Source of the DNA: Octopus sinensis
Taxonomy: Eukaryota
DNA length: 64,000 bases
NCBI RefSeq assembly: GCF_006345805.1
Contig: NC_042998.1
Coordinates: 3,782,001 to 3,846,000, forward strand
Direction: 5' to 3'
The number at the start of each line of letters is the position of its first letter. Position 1 is the stretch's first letter. The translations under genes were made by a program, and so were the position numbers. The notes below the pieces were generated by a model that ran no database searches, had not been told where the DNA came from, and saw only the letters and a program-made list of their open reading frames with translations. This document shows, one piece after another, positions 1 through 11,541 of the stretch.

Positions 1-31
1 TTGCAAAAGCACCCACCCATGTCTGCACCTC

Positions 32-454
32 TCTTTACTCTCTTTTACTTGTTTCAGTCCTTTGACTGCGGCCATGCTGGAGCACCGCCTTTAGTCGAGC
101 AAATCCCCCCTGGGACTTATTCTTTTGTAAGCGTAGTACTTATTCTATAGGTCTCTTTTGCCGAACTGCTAAGTTGCGTGGACGTACACACACCAGCATC
201 AGTTGTCAAGCGATGTTGGGGGACAAACACAGACACACAAACACAGACACACAAACACATATATATACATATATACATATACATATATACGACCGGCTTC
301 TTTCAGTTTCCATCTACCAATTCCACTCACAACGCCTTGGTCAACCTGAGGCTATAGTAGAAGACACTTGCCCAAGATGCCATGCAATGGGACTGAACCT
401 GGAACTATGTGATTGGCAAGCAAGCTACTTACCACACAGCCACTCCTGCACCTA
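32..454 (-). mobile_element. tRNA-headed SINE, family A (CR1-like 3' tail)
   Basis: Reverse complement of the family-A copy at 32959-33345: pol III A/B-box head, internal (TA/CA) tract, GAGTAAA-type tail. Confidence 0.85.
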
Positions 455-1458
455 TTCATTTAAATTGTAGAATTTCTACTTTCCTTCCTCATCTTTGTTC
501 CCTTCATCTTCATCTTTCATGCCATTGTCATTTTCTTAGCCTTCTCCTTGATCTCTTCCCATTCTTATCTTTATTCTTCGTTTCAATCAGTTTCCCATCC
601 TCCAGACTCTTCAGCAACTGACCATGGGTTTTCTTTTATCAGTGAGGTATATTCCTAACTAGCATCTAGTTATTTGTTTGGAGTTAATACTATGGTTAAG
701 AAGATGGATAAGGTATACCTGAAAGACTTAAGTTCACAACAAAATATCTCATCAACAAAGAGCTTTATCTCTGAACCAATTCTAGTATGTATGCATACAA
801 ATGTGTGCATATGAGCATACATGTGTGTGTGTGTTGCCGTGTATAAGCAGACATGCATGAACGTGCATGTACAAATACTTGAATGTGGTTCTTCTGCTGG
901 TTTACATCTTTGTCTTCATGCTAGCATAAATCTGATCTACAAATTAGGATATTTCTATACTGTTTGAGAGTTTTCTTTTACCGTTTAATGTTCTTCCTGC
1001 TATTAATCATTCTTTTGTAAAGTAAGGAGTCAAAGCTGTTGTAAGTTAGGTTGCCTGAGATAAGCAGATTTATCTGCCTTGATTAATGGGTACAAGTTAA
1101 TTGACTGTAAAAATAGTTTAGGAGCCTTGACTATATGTTCAATAGTCAATTGCTGCTAATGCTTTCTGTCTAAGCCAGTGAAGGCAAAATAGGAAACTTC
1201 AATAACTGTTTACAAAAGTAGTTTCCTGATGTTATTTAGCTCCAAATCAACATTGCTGAAACAAATCTGTGATCAAAAGCATTCTGGCCATAATCAACAT
1301 GATATTTTAGGAGTATCTTGTGCTATTTTATCAAATGTGTCCTTCTCCGTTTTAAGATGGCAGAATGAGATTTGCAGAAAATTTGGCTGCTATTTCTAAA
1401 ATGAAAAAGTCTCTAGACAAAGACTTGCATAAGCTCAAATACTTCTTTGTATATTTAT

Positions 1459-1880
1459 CTCTTTACTCTTTACTCTTTTACTTGTTTCAGTCATTTGACT
1501 GTGGCCATGCTGGAGCACTGCCTTTAGTTGAGCAAATCGACCCCCAGGACTTATTCTTTGTAAGCCTAGTATTTATTCTATTGGTCTCTTTTGCTGAACC
1601 ACTAAGTTACGGGGCCGTAAACACACCACCATTGGTTGTCAAGCGATGTTGTGGGGACAAACACAGACACGCAAACATATACACACACACACATACTCAT
1701 ATATATACATATATATGACAGGCTTCTTTCAGTTTCCGTCTACCAAATCCACTCACAAGGCTTTGGTCGGCCTGAGCTATAGAACGAGACACTTGCCAAA
1801 GGTGCCGCGCAATGGGACTGAACCTGGAACCATGTGGTTGGTGAGCAAGCTACTTACTACACAGCCACTCCTATGCCTAT
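1459..1880 (-). mobile_element. SINE family A
   Basis: Full-length match to the other family-A copies. Confidence 0.85.
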
Positions 1881-2329
1881 CTAGTAATTTCAGATACAAA
1901 CAAGTTCAGTTTTCTTTTTTTTCTTTTTCTTTTAGAACAAATTGGTTCTTTGATTGAATTCCATCTTTGTGTTCTGAATTCAAATTCTGCTGTGGTCAAC
2001 TTTGTCTTTCATCCTTTTGGGGGTTGGTGAAATAATTACCAGTCAAGCCCTGGGATTGATGTAATCAACTAACCCCTTCCTCTAAAACTTCAGGCAGGAA
2101 GGGTTAATTTATTTGTATTAAGTACAATGTTCCATATTTGTAGGGGAGACTCGATGATGTATTGAATCACCCTCAGTATATTCCAGGTAGCAATTTTATT
2201 GTGCCTGGTGCTATGAAAGGCAGAATGCAATGTAACTGTGAATGAAGGGCATCGTGCAAATTTGCTGAGAGAAAAACAGAGCATAACAAGAATCAGATGT
2301 AGTGTGAAAGAAAGAAAATTGTGCTAGTA

Positions 2330-2525
2330 TGGAGATGTGATGCATAGGGATAAGAATAAGCTGAATAGAGAAGAGCTGTTCACTTAATGTAGAGAGAGAC
2401 CCAGAAAGACATGGGAGGAAGGGGTGAAAGCAGATCTCAGGACCTTGAATCTTATGGAGAGAGGACTGGGATGACTGGGGATATGTTGCTCTTGAGAAGA
2501 TCCACCCAAATCAGCAAAACCAAGT
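2330..2525 (+). mobile_element. Decayed RTE-clade LINE 3' ORF fragment
   Basis: One frame reads RPRKTWEEGVKADLRTLNLME, matching the RTE C-terminus seen at 10867-11050. Confidence 0.65.
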
Positions 2526-2807
2526 TTCTCTGTGTGTGTGCATGTATGGTATATATATATGTGTGTATCTGTGTGTATGTGTGTGTATACACACACACAC
2601 ACACACATATATATATATGTAATCCAACACAAGGAAACCAACTCCTCTTATAGGGATAGAAACATCCAATTCTCACTGGTTTAATTGGAAGGAAAATATT
2701 TTCTACAATACAAATGGGTATATACACAATATACAAAAATAATAAAAGAAACATGGAGAGTTTAAACTGGCATTTATTAATTCATTAACATAATATTATA
2801 TTATTAT

Positions 2808-3018
2808 TTAATGTGACAGTCCTGTATGGGAATTACACCACCACTGTTTAGCCCTAGGAAGCATCAAACGCTTCCTGTCGGCTTTGACACATTTCCTGTG
2901 TCCTTATATTTGTGAAGGGGGTGGAGGACACAGGAAATGTCAAAGCCAACAGGAAGCGTTGATGCTTCCTAGGGCTAAACAGCGGTGGTGTAATTCCCAT
3001 ACAGGACTGTCACGTTAA
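2808..3018. repeat. Fold-back inverted repeat, about 95-bp arms, 20-nt loop
   Basis: 2808-2904 is the near-perfect reverse complement of 2925-3018. Confidence 0.95.
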
Positions 3019-3438
3019 GTTGACAGTATACAACCACTCTATCGCTCCACCACCACTCATGTCTCTTTGAAATTTAATATTTCTGATTATATTATTATTA
3101 TAATATAAATATTAATAATCCCTACAATTGTTTCGATTCAAACTCTCTCCCCCTCAACCAACTGCTTTCTCTCATCCTTCTCCATCAGCTATTTCAGTAG
3201 GAGTATTCTGCTGCTCTTCACATCCATGCATCTTTGGTCATATTAGCCCCTATCCACCATTCCCTGCATCCTTTTGCACTAAATCACCATCCCTCAACCC
3301 AATTTTGCAATTGTCACCTACTCTTCCTGACCTCCCCTACTTATCAAGCACTCATCATGTGTGCTTCATTGATTTTATTCATCCCCTCACCCATTGTCAA
3401 GCAATGATGTGGAGAGGGGACAAACACTGACACACAAA

Positions 3439-3608
3439 TACATTATTTACATTTGACGGATATTTGTCCTCATCTTGTTTGCTGTTAACACAATGTTTCA
3501 GCTGATATACCTTCCAGCCTGCATGCAGGCTGGAGGGTATATCAGCTGAAACGCTGTGTTGACAACAAACAAGATGAGGACAAATATCTGTCGAATGTAA
3601 ATAATATA
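3439..3608. repeat. Loop-less palindrome of a Penelope-like terminal sequence, about 85-bp arms
   Basis: Centre gcctgca|tgcaggc at 3523/3524. The arms match the repeat at 57165-57273 and 57779-57880. Confidence 0.9.
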
Positions 3609-3665
3609 CATAATTCCTCATCTCTTAAATACAGAACTGTATTACATAAATAAATATATACATAT

Positions 3666-5640
3666 ATGGAATTTGTATCCTTGTGGTACCAGTGCCGGTG
3701 GCACACAAGAATCCATCCGAACGTGGCCGTAGTCAGTACCGCATCACTGGCCATCGTGCTGTGGGCACATAACAAACACCATCCGGTCGTGGCTGTTTGC
3801 CAGCCTCATCTAGCACCTGTGTCGGTGGCACATAAAAACACCTTCCGAAGACCCGGCAAGACTAGTCAGGCCATAAACCATGGCCCCTACCTGGGACGTA
3901 GTCAGTCCACCTGTGCATACCTTCCTCCTTGTGATACTTGTGAAGGCCTGTTGAGGCAAGTGAAAATCAAAGGCCTGTTGAGGCAAGTGAAAATCAAAAT
4001 CAAAATCAAATCAAAACAAATCAAAATAGATGAACATCAATGGAATCTGTATCTTTGTGGTACCAGTGCCGGTGGCACACCAGAGAAAACCATCCGAAAG
4101 TGGCCGTAGCCAGTACCGCACCGACTGGCCTCCGTTCTGTGGGCACATGACAAACACCATCCGATCGTGGCCGTTCGCCAGCCTCATCTAGCACCTGTGT
4201 CGGTGGCACATAAAAACACCATCCGAAGACCCGGCAAGACTAGTCAGGCCATAACCCATGGCCCCTACCTGGGACGTAGTCAGTCCACCTGTGCATACCT
4301 TCCTTCTTGTGACACTTGTGAAGACCTGTTGAGGCAAGTGAAAATCAAATCAAAACAAATCAAAATAGATGAACATCAATGGAATCTGTATCTTTGTGGT
4401 ACCAGTGCCGGTGGCACACACTTTGTGGTACCAGTGCCGGTGGCACACATGAGAACCATCCGAACGTGGCCGTAGCCAGTTCCGCATCGACCGGCCTCCG
4501 TGCTGTGGGCACGTAACAAACACCATCCGATCATGGCCGTTCGCCAGCCTCATCTGGCACCTGTGTCGGTGGCACATAAAAACACCTTCCGAAGACCCGG
4601 CAAGACTAGTCAGTCCACCTGTGCATACCTCCTTCTTGTGACACTTGTGAAGACCGGTTGAGGCAAGTGAAAATCAAATCAAATCAAATCAAAATAGACA
4701 AAATAGATGAACATCAATGGAATTTGTATCTTGTGGTACCAGTGCCTGTGGCACACAAGAAATCCATCAGTGCCGTAGTCAGTGCGGTGGGCACATGACA
4801 AACACCATCCGATCGTGGCCGTTCGCCAGCCTCATCTAGCACCTGTGTCGGTGGCACATAAAAACACCATCCGAAGACCCGGCAAGACTAGTCAGGCCAT
4901 AACCCATGGCCTCTACCTGGGACGTAGTCAGTCCACCTGTGCATACCTTCCTTCTTGTGACACTTGTGAAGACCTGTTGAGGCAAGTGAAAATCAAATCA
5001 AATCAAATCAAAACAAATCAAAATAGATGAACATCAATGGAATTTGTATCTTTGTGGTACCAGTGCCGGTGGCACGTGGCACATAAGAAAACCATCCGAA
5101 CGTGGCCGTAGCCAGTACCGCACCGACTGGCCTCCGTTCTGTGGGCACATGACAAACACCATCCGATCGTGGCCGTTTGCCAGCCTCATCTGGCACCTGT
5201 GTCGGTGGCACATAAAAACAACCATCTGAGCGTGGCCGTCTGCCAGCCTCGTCTGGCACCTGTGTCGGTGGCACATAAAAACACCATCCGAGCGTGGCCG
5301 TCTGCCAGCCTCGTCTGGCACCTGTGTCGGTGGCACATAAAAAACACCATCCGAGCGTGGCCGTCTGCCAGCCTCGTCTGGCAACTGTGTCGGTGGCACA
5401 TAAAAAACACCATCCGAGCGTGGCCGTAGCCAGCCTCGTCTGGCACCTGTGTCGGTGGCACATAAAATCACCCACTACACTCTCGGAGTGGTTGGCGTTA
5501 GGAAGGGCATCCAGCTGTAGAAACACTGCCAGATCTGACTGGACTGGTGCAGCTTTCGGGCTCCCCAGACCCCAGTTGAACCGTCCAACCCATGCTAGCA
5601 TGGAAAGCGGACGTTAAATGATGATGATGATGATGATGAT
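3666..5640 (+). mobile_element. Tandem array of an RTE LINE 3' UTR (four units of about 320-370 bp plus a terminal unit with the true 3' end and (GAT)n tail)
   Basis: gatgaacatcaatggaat recurs at 4029, 4368, 4706 and 5026. The units match the 3' UTR following the RTE ORF at 11050-11541. Confidence 0.9.
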
Positions 5641-5767
5641 ATATATATATATATTCTTTCAGTAAAACAATTAAGATTCAAGTGAGTTCCAATGAATTCA
5701 CATGAATATGGTACTTAGATGCACCAGAAATCTTTATGGTATTAACCATAAAATAATGTGGGGTGAT

Positions 5768-5949
5768 TATAAACAAGAAAAAAGCAACAAGAATGGATTA
5801 GTTGTTCAGTACAATTGTTTCATACGAAGAACAGATTTATTAAAAACTCCAAAAATTGGAATTTTTGCAGCTTTTAATAAATCTGTTCTTCGTATGAAAC
5901 AATTGTACTGAACAAGTAATCCATTCTTGTTGCTTTTTTCTTGTTTATA
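5768..5949. repeat. Fold-back inverted repeat, about 78-bp arms, 26-nt loop
   Basis: 5768-5845 pairs with 5872-5949 with very few mismatches. Followed by (TA)n. Confidence 0.95.
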
Positions 5950-6269
5950 TATATATTATATATATATATATATATAATATATATATGATGGGCTTCATTC
6001 AGTTTCCATCTACCAAATCCACTCACAAGGCTTTGGTTGGCCTGAGGCTACAGTTGAAGACATTTGCCCAAGGTGCCACACAGTGGGACTGAACCTGGAA
6101 CCATGTGGCTGGGAAGCAAACTTCTTACCACACAGCCACTCCTGTACCTCTTATTATTATTATTATTATATTTGACTTTTGCTTTGTATTTGTACAAGTT
6201 GACTTCAGGTCTCACCCAGAGACCGACCTCAAGAGACAACAGGTTAGAAGTTCATGTTGGTGCTATGCC

Positions 6270-6594
6270 TAGGGTGTCATATATTTGCTTTTGCACATAG
6301 TATTCTTCTAGAGAATGTTTAAAAAAACATAAGAAAATTATGAGTTTGTTTTAAAATTTGAGATTACATAGACAGTGTTTTATGTAGGATATGGGTAGTT
6401 CCAATGAGCACTATCTTTTGAATTTCTGCCATTTTGGAGAAAAATTCAAAAGATAGTGCCCATGGGAATTGCCCATATCCTACACAAAACACTGTCTATG
6501 TAATCTCAAATTTTAAAAGAAACTCATAATTTTCTTCGTTTTCTTAAACATTCTCTTGAACAATACTATGTGCAAAACCAAATATATGACACCC

Positions 6595-6596
<2 letters not shown>
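6270..6596. mobile_element. Head-to-head duplicated 3' end of an R4/Dong-like (RLE) non-LTR element, about 155-bp arms
   Basis: The right arm encodes KIQKIVPMGIAHILHKTLSM* and the left arm (minus) QKIVLIGTTHILHKTLSM*. Both resemble the QKxVLLGTAHILRxxL C-terminus of R4/Dong ORFs. Followed by (TAT)n. Confidence 0.7.
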
Positions 6597-6633
<37 letters not shown>

Positions 6634-6869
6634 CATAGTGAGCTGGGAGAGTCATTAGCACACTAGGCAAAATACTTAGTGGAATTTTGTCCATCTTTAC
6701 ATTCTGAGTTCAAATTTCACTGATGTCGACTTTGCCTTTCATCTTTTCGAGGTTGATAAAACAAGTACCAGTTGAGCACTGGAGTTAATCTATTTGACTT
6801 ATCTGCTCCCCCTAAATTGCTGGTCTTGTACTAAAAATTTGAAACCATTATTATTATCATTATTATTAC

Positions 6870-6900
<31 letters not shown>

Positions 6901-8125
6901 AACATTACTACTAGTATAATTGTGACATATACCATACTGCTTTTGGAGGTTTTCAACAAAATGGAAATGGAGCAATTTTATAGGTGCTAGACAATGTTAC
7001 CATTTCCTTCTAAAAATTTCTCTTTCAAGAAAGCAGAGTTTCAAAGATTATTTTGGTTAGAAAGCCATGGATCCATGTATAAAAGTCAGGTGAAAGCTTG
7101 ATATATGAGAAATCTGATGCATAACCTAGTCCTGAAGAAACACTGTTTTCCAATGAGAAACGGTGATTAGCAATGAAAGTAGATCAGTAAAATTAATCAG
7201 AATATGACAAAAAGGTGTTTTAGAAAATTTATACTTTTTGATCTGAGACTATAATCTTGAATTATGCATGAAAAGTAAGTAAAAGGAAAATGATAAAATT
7301 AAAGAAAAATATACATGAGAAATACTACAGGAAAATTGGTACAGCAACAATTTTTGAAAACATCGCATCACACACTGACAATTTTCTACAGAAATAATAC
7401 CTGTGATAGCAAAATCAAATAATATGCAACATATGTTTAGTAATATAAGACTATATATGTGTGTATATGAATGTGTATGTAACTGTGTGAGTGTGGTAAC
7501 TTGCTTGTTGTATGCATGCGTTTGTATATCTACACGGATGTTTTGAAGTGTGGATATAGGTTTTATGTAATTTCATATAAGAGAATGCTAATAAGAACTC
7601 CAGTAGCAGCTCGTTTGCGGGGAGCTCAGCGATAATAATTTGGAATCAATGCAGGTGTTGTTACTGACAATCAGACTGAAGCATTAGTGGTTAGCTTCTA
7701 TGTAACAAGCAGGTAGACTGGAAATAAATCAAGGAACAAACTCTCTTGATGGTTAAAATTAGCATTTATCAAAAGAATAGCAATCACAATGTCTCCAACA
7801 AAACTGTATGAGCTGTGCATATGTTTATACGTGGTTGTATGGTCTGTGATGTTTTTATGTATAATGGTATGCTATATATGTATGTGTTGCCTTCATCCAT
7901 CCATCCAACCATCAGAAACAGCTTTTCTTTTAGATGTATTGAAAATTTAAACCTGTTCTATTTTTATCCTTTTTATCAAGATTGTTTCATATTTTGCAGT
8001 TTATATTGAATAGTATACTTGCCAAATCCAGCCTCAGCCTTTATGGTATTGACTTCAGGATGAAGTGACATTAGAATATATTGCTGTCTCTTTGAAGTAG
8101 GTGATAAGTGTAGGCGTTATTACTA

Positions 8126-8156
<31 letters not shown>

Positions 8157-8341
8157 CATGTATGTATAGGTATTGGCATGGCTGTATCATTAAGAATCTC
8201 ACTATGCAACCACATATGTTTGGTTCTGCAGTGTAATAACTTCAGCCAAGTGCCTTCAGCTATAGCCATGGGCCAGCCAGTGCCTTGTCGGTGAATTTAG
8301 TTCATGGAAACTGTGTGGAAGCCTGTTGTGTGTGTGTATTC

Positions 8342-8374
<33 letters not shown>

Positions 8375-8442
8375 TACTGGAGTAAGCACATAAATGTGAA
8401 ACAAGGTGGAAAAAAGAGTACTCAAATACCAGAGGTAGAATA

Positions 8443-8564
8443 ATATGCTTTATTTAAAAGCAGCAGAAATATAACAAAAGCTGTTACTCAGTTTCATGTT
8501 CCCATTTGGAATGTAAAACTCTTAGTAACAGCTTTTGTTATATTTCTACTGCTTTTAAATAAAG

Positions 8565-8569
<5 letters not shown>
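8443..8569. repeat. Fold-back inverted repeat, 46-bp arms, 35-nt loop
   Basis: 8443-8488 pairs with 8524-8569. Followed by (TA)n. Confidence 0.9.
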
Positions 8570-8600
<31 letters not shown>

Positions 8601-8984
8601 TATATATTCATATACATATATGGTTAGCCCACTATACATATAACAGTATTAATAAAATAGATTTTATTGGGTATGACATATCTTTCGACCCATTCTGGGT
8701 TTCTTTGGGTACATTAATAAAAGGTCTCACTAGAGATTTCCTGAATCGGCTTACGTACCACTATACATCCAACAAATTTTCGAGAATGAGTAAAAACAGA
8801 GAAAAATTATCGAAACACAAAACATTCAAATATGAACATGGAAATTATACATTCTAGTTTAGAGAAAATGACGTAATGAACCTTTGCTGGTGTAACTGTT
8901 AAGAGAAAGAAAAGGAAGAAGAGATTGAAATGAAGATAATGCTTAGACAAAATTTTCTTTTGTGTTTGTGCCTAGATGCACATG

Positions 8985-9570
8985 TACATACACACACACA
9001 CACACATATATATGCTTATGCGCTCACACATGCATATCCAAGTATATGGACATGTACATACAACCAGATACACACACAAGTGCACACGTATGGACGAATA
9101 CATATGAATAGGAACTCATATATGCAAGTACAAACTTGTATATATACATAAATATACATACATAGCATAGATAAATATGTGCACATATTTGTACATAAAG
9201 CAAGATACAAATGTCTGTGCAAAGTTTGACACACATACACACATACATGTTAATACACTTGCATATACACATAAGTAAATATATAAACACATATACATAT
9301 ACACATACACATGTATGCATATATACACATAAACACACCTGTGTACACATATGCACAGATCCACACTAATATATACACACGCACCTACAAAAAATGCAAG
9401 TGCACACATTTGAATATGTAGACAAATATATCTATATATATGTACATATACACATATGCACGCACATACACACACATATATACATATATACACACATACA
9501 CGTACACATATATGCATATACACACATATACATATATATATATGCATACATATGCATATATATACATATA
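8985..9570. repeat. Degenerate (CA)/(TA) low-complexity tract
   Basis: Alternating purine-pyrimidine ATAC/ACAC/ATAT runs that generate the spurious Y/I/H/T ORFs. Confidence 0.9.
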
Positions 9571-9796
9571 TGGATCTAGATTGCAAGATCATATCACAAA
9601 TACAAGTTATTCAAATATAGGTCCTCAAGTTCATGTGTACTAAGAGTTGTGGGTGCCATGTGTACATCAGACAGACAATATAAACTGCAAAATATGAAAC
9701 AATCTTGATAGAAAGGATAAAAATAGAACAGGTTTAAATTTTCAATACATCTAAAAGAAAAGCTGTTTCTGATGGATGGATAAAGGCAACACATGC

Positions 9797-9828
<32 letters not shown>

Positions 9829-9878
9829 TATATATATCAAACTGACTCGGGAAATTTCTAGTGAGACATTTTATTGAT

Positions 9879-9920
9879 GTACCTGAAGAGACCTAGAATG
9901 GGTCGAAACATGTTTTGTAT
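9879..9920 (+). ncRNA. Degenerate minimal type-I hammerhead ribozyme motif (PLE-associated); inverted second copy at 8661-8715
   Basis: gtac-CTGAAGA-gacct.agaat.gggtc-GAAA-catgt. The minus copy reads gtac-CCAAAGA-aaccc.agaat.gggtc-GAAA-gatatgTC-atac. Confidence 0.55.
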
Positions 9921-10866
9921 CCAATAAAATCTTTAACTCATTCCATCTATCTATATATTATCTTTCGCTCTCTCTTTCTCTATCTGTCTGTCTATCTATC
10001 TATCTATCTATTTATCTATACATATATATATATACACACACATTTATACACATATACATAACAAAGTGTACTGTATTATGTACCCATTATAGTCTATCTT
10101 AACAATTGGTTTCACACTGGATGTTAAACTGGATGTTAAATAACAGCCTGGTTGTGTAACACTGTGTTTTTCAGAGCTGATAGTTATACTGTTGAATTAC
10201 ATAATCCTATTTATACCACGGCTGGAAGAAAATGGAGTAGGCTCAGCTGGAGCATCTTTGACCATAGATCTACTGGTTGTATAGGAATAATGATTTTGCT
10301 CATTACCGCATCAAAGTCATCAAGTGCTTTAACTTTACAGCCATTGTACTACTAAAGTATATTTGTTGCTAATAATTTATTAAAAATTGATATAAACAAA
10401 GCAAAAGATTAATCAATGAATTTAATTAAACAATGAATGCAGATTATTATATTAAATCACTGAAGGAATGGGTAAGTGTAAAGAAGCCATAATTTTAATC
10501 ACAATCAATTTCATCTGTTCAATTAATGAGGTGAGAATTATGGATTGGCACTAAGTTCATGGCATATTGTGTCTGTGACCCAGCTTTGATTCTTGGCTGG
10601 AATGATTTCATTGAAACAAATATCAGTATTGTAACTTATTTTCCTCTTCTTTTCAAAGAATTCAGTAAGAATTATCTTTTATTGAAGGAAATTGCTATCT
10701 CATTCTCCACTCTTCCTTTTCCTCTGTTGCTCTGTTACTTCCTCTTTTTCTCTTTATACATGTGTGTGTGTGTATAAATATGTTGGTGTATTCATGTGTG
10801 TGTGTATGTGTGCATAAATGTATATATATGTATATATTTATGCATATATGTAATATATATGTGTGC

Positions 10867-11541
10867 TAGTTGTGTGAAAAAGTGCCACACCCTAGCAGTT
10901 GAGGGAACCTGTGGAAAAGGTAAACCCAAGAAAACCTGGGACGAGGTGGTGAAGCATGACCTTCGAACTTTAGGTCTCACCGAGGAAATGACTAGAGACC
11001 GAGACCTTTGGAAGTATGGTGTGTGTGAGAAGACCCGCCAGGACAAGTGAGACCATAACCTGTGGCCTCTACCTGGGATGTAGCCAGTCCACTTATGCAT
11101 ACCTTTCCTTCTTGGGACACAAAACTCTACTTGCAAAGACCTGTTGAAGCAAGTGAAAATCAAAATCGAAATTGATCAACATCAATACCCATCCGAACGT
11201 GGCCGTTGCCAGCGCTGCCCCGACTGGCCTCCGTGCCGGTGGCACGTAAAAAGCACCATCCGATCGAGGCCATTGCCAGCCTTGCCTGGCCTCCGTGCCG
11301 GTGGCACGTAAGAAGCACCATCCAATCATGGACGTTTGCCAGCCTTGTCTGGCACCTGTGCTGGTGGAATGTAAAAAGCACCCACTACACTCTCGGAGTG
11401 GTTAATGTTAGGAAGGGCATCCAGCTGTAGAAACATTGCTAAATCAGACTGGGCCTGGTGCAGTCTTCTGGCTTCCCAGACCCCAGTTGAACTGTCCAAC
11501 CCATACTAGCATGGAAAGCGGACGCTAAACAATGATGATGT
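10867..11541 (+). mobile_element. 5'-truncated RTE-clade LINE (ORF C-terminus + 3' UTR + (GAT)n)
   Basis: [51 protein letters not shown]...* followed by a structured UTR and a gatgatg tail. Confidence 0.9.

Noticed and set aside
5153-5463. CRISPR-like array
   Set aside because: The units are near-identical with no unique spacers, there are no cas genes, and they sit inside a eukaryotic LINE 3' UTR.
3666-5617. Overlapping 60-200 aa ORFs on both strands
   Set aside because: They are read-through of the tandem RTE 3' UTR units and have no protein-like features.
8930-9643. Cluster of Tyr/Ile/His/Val-rich ORFs (also 14071-14631, 17720-18193, 27696-28145)
   Set aside because: These are microsatellite and SINE translations.
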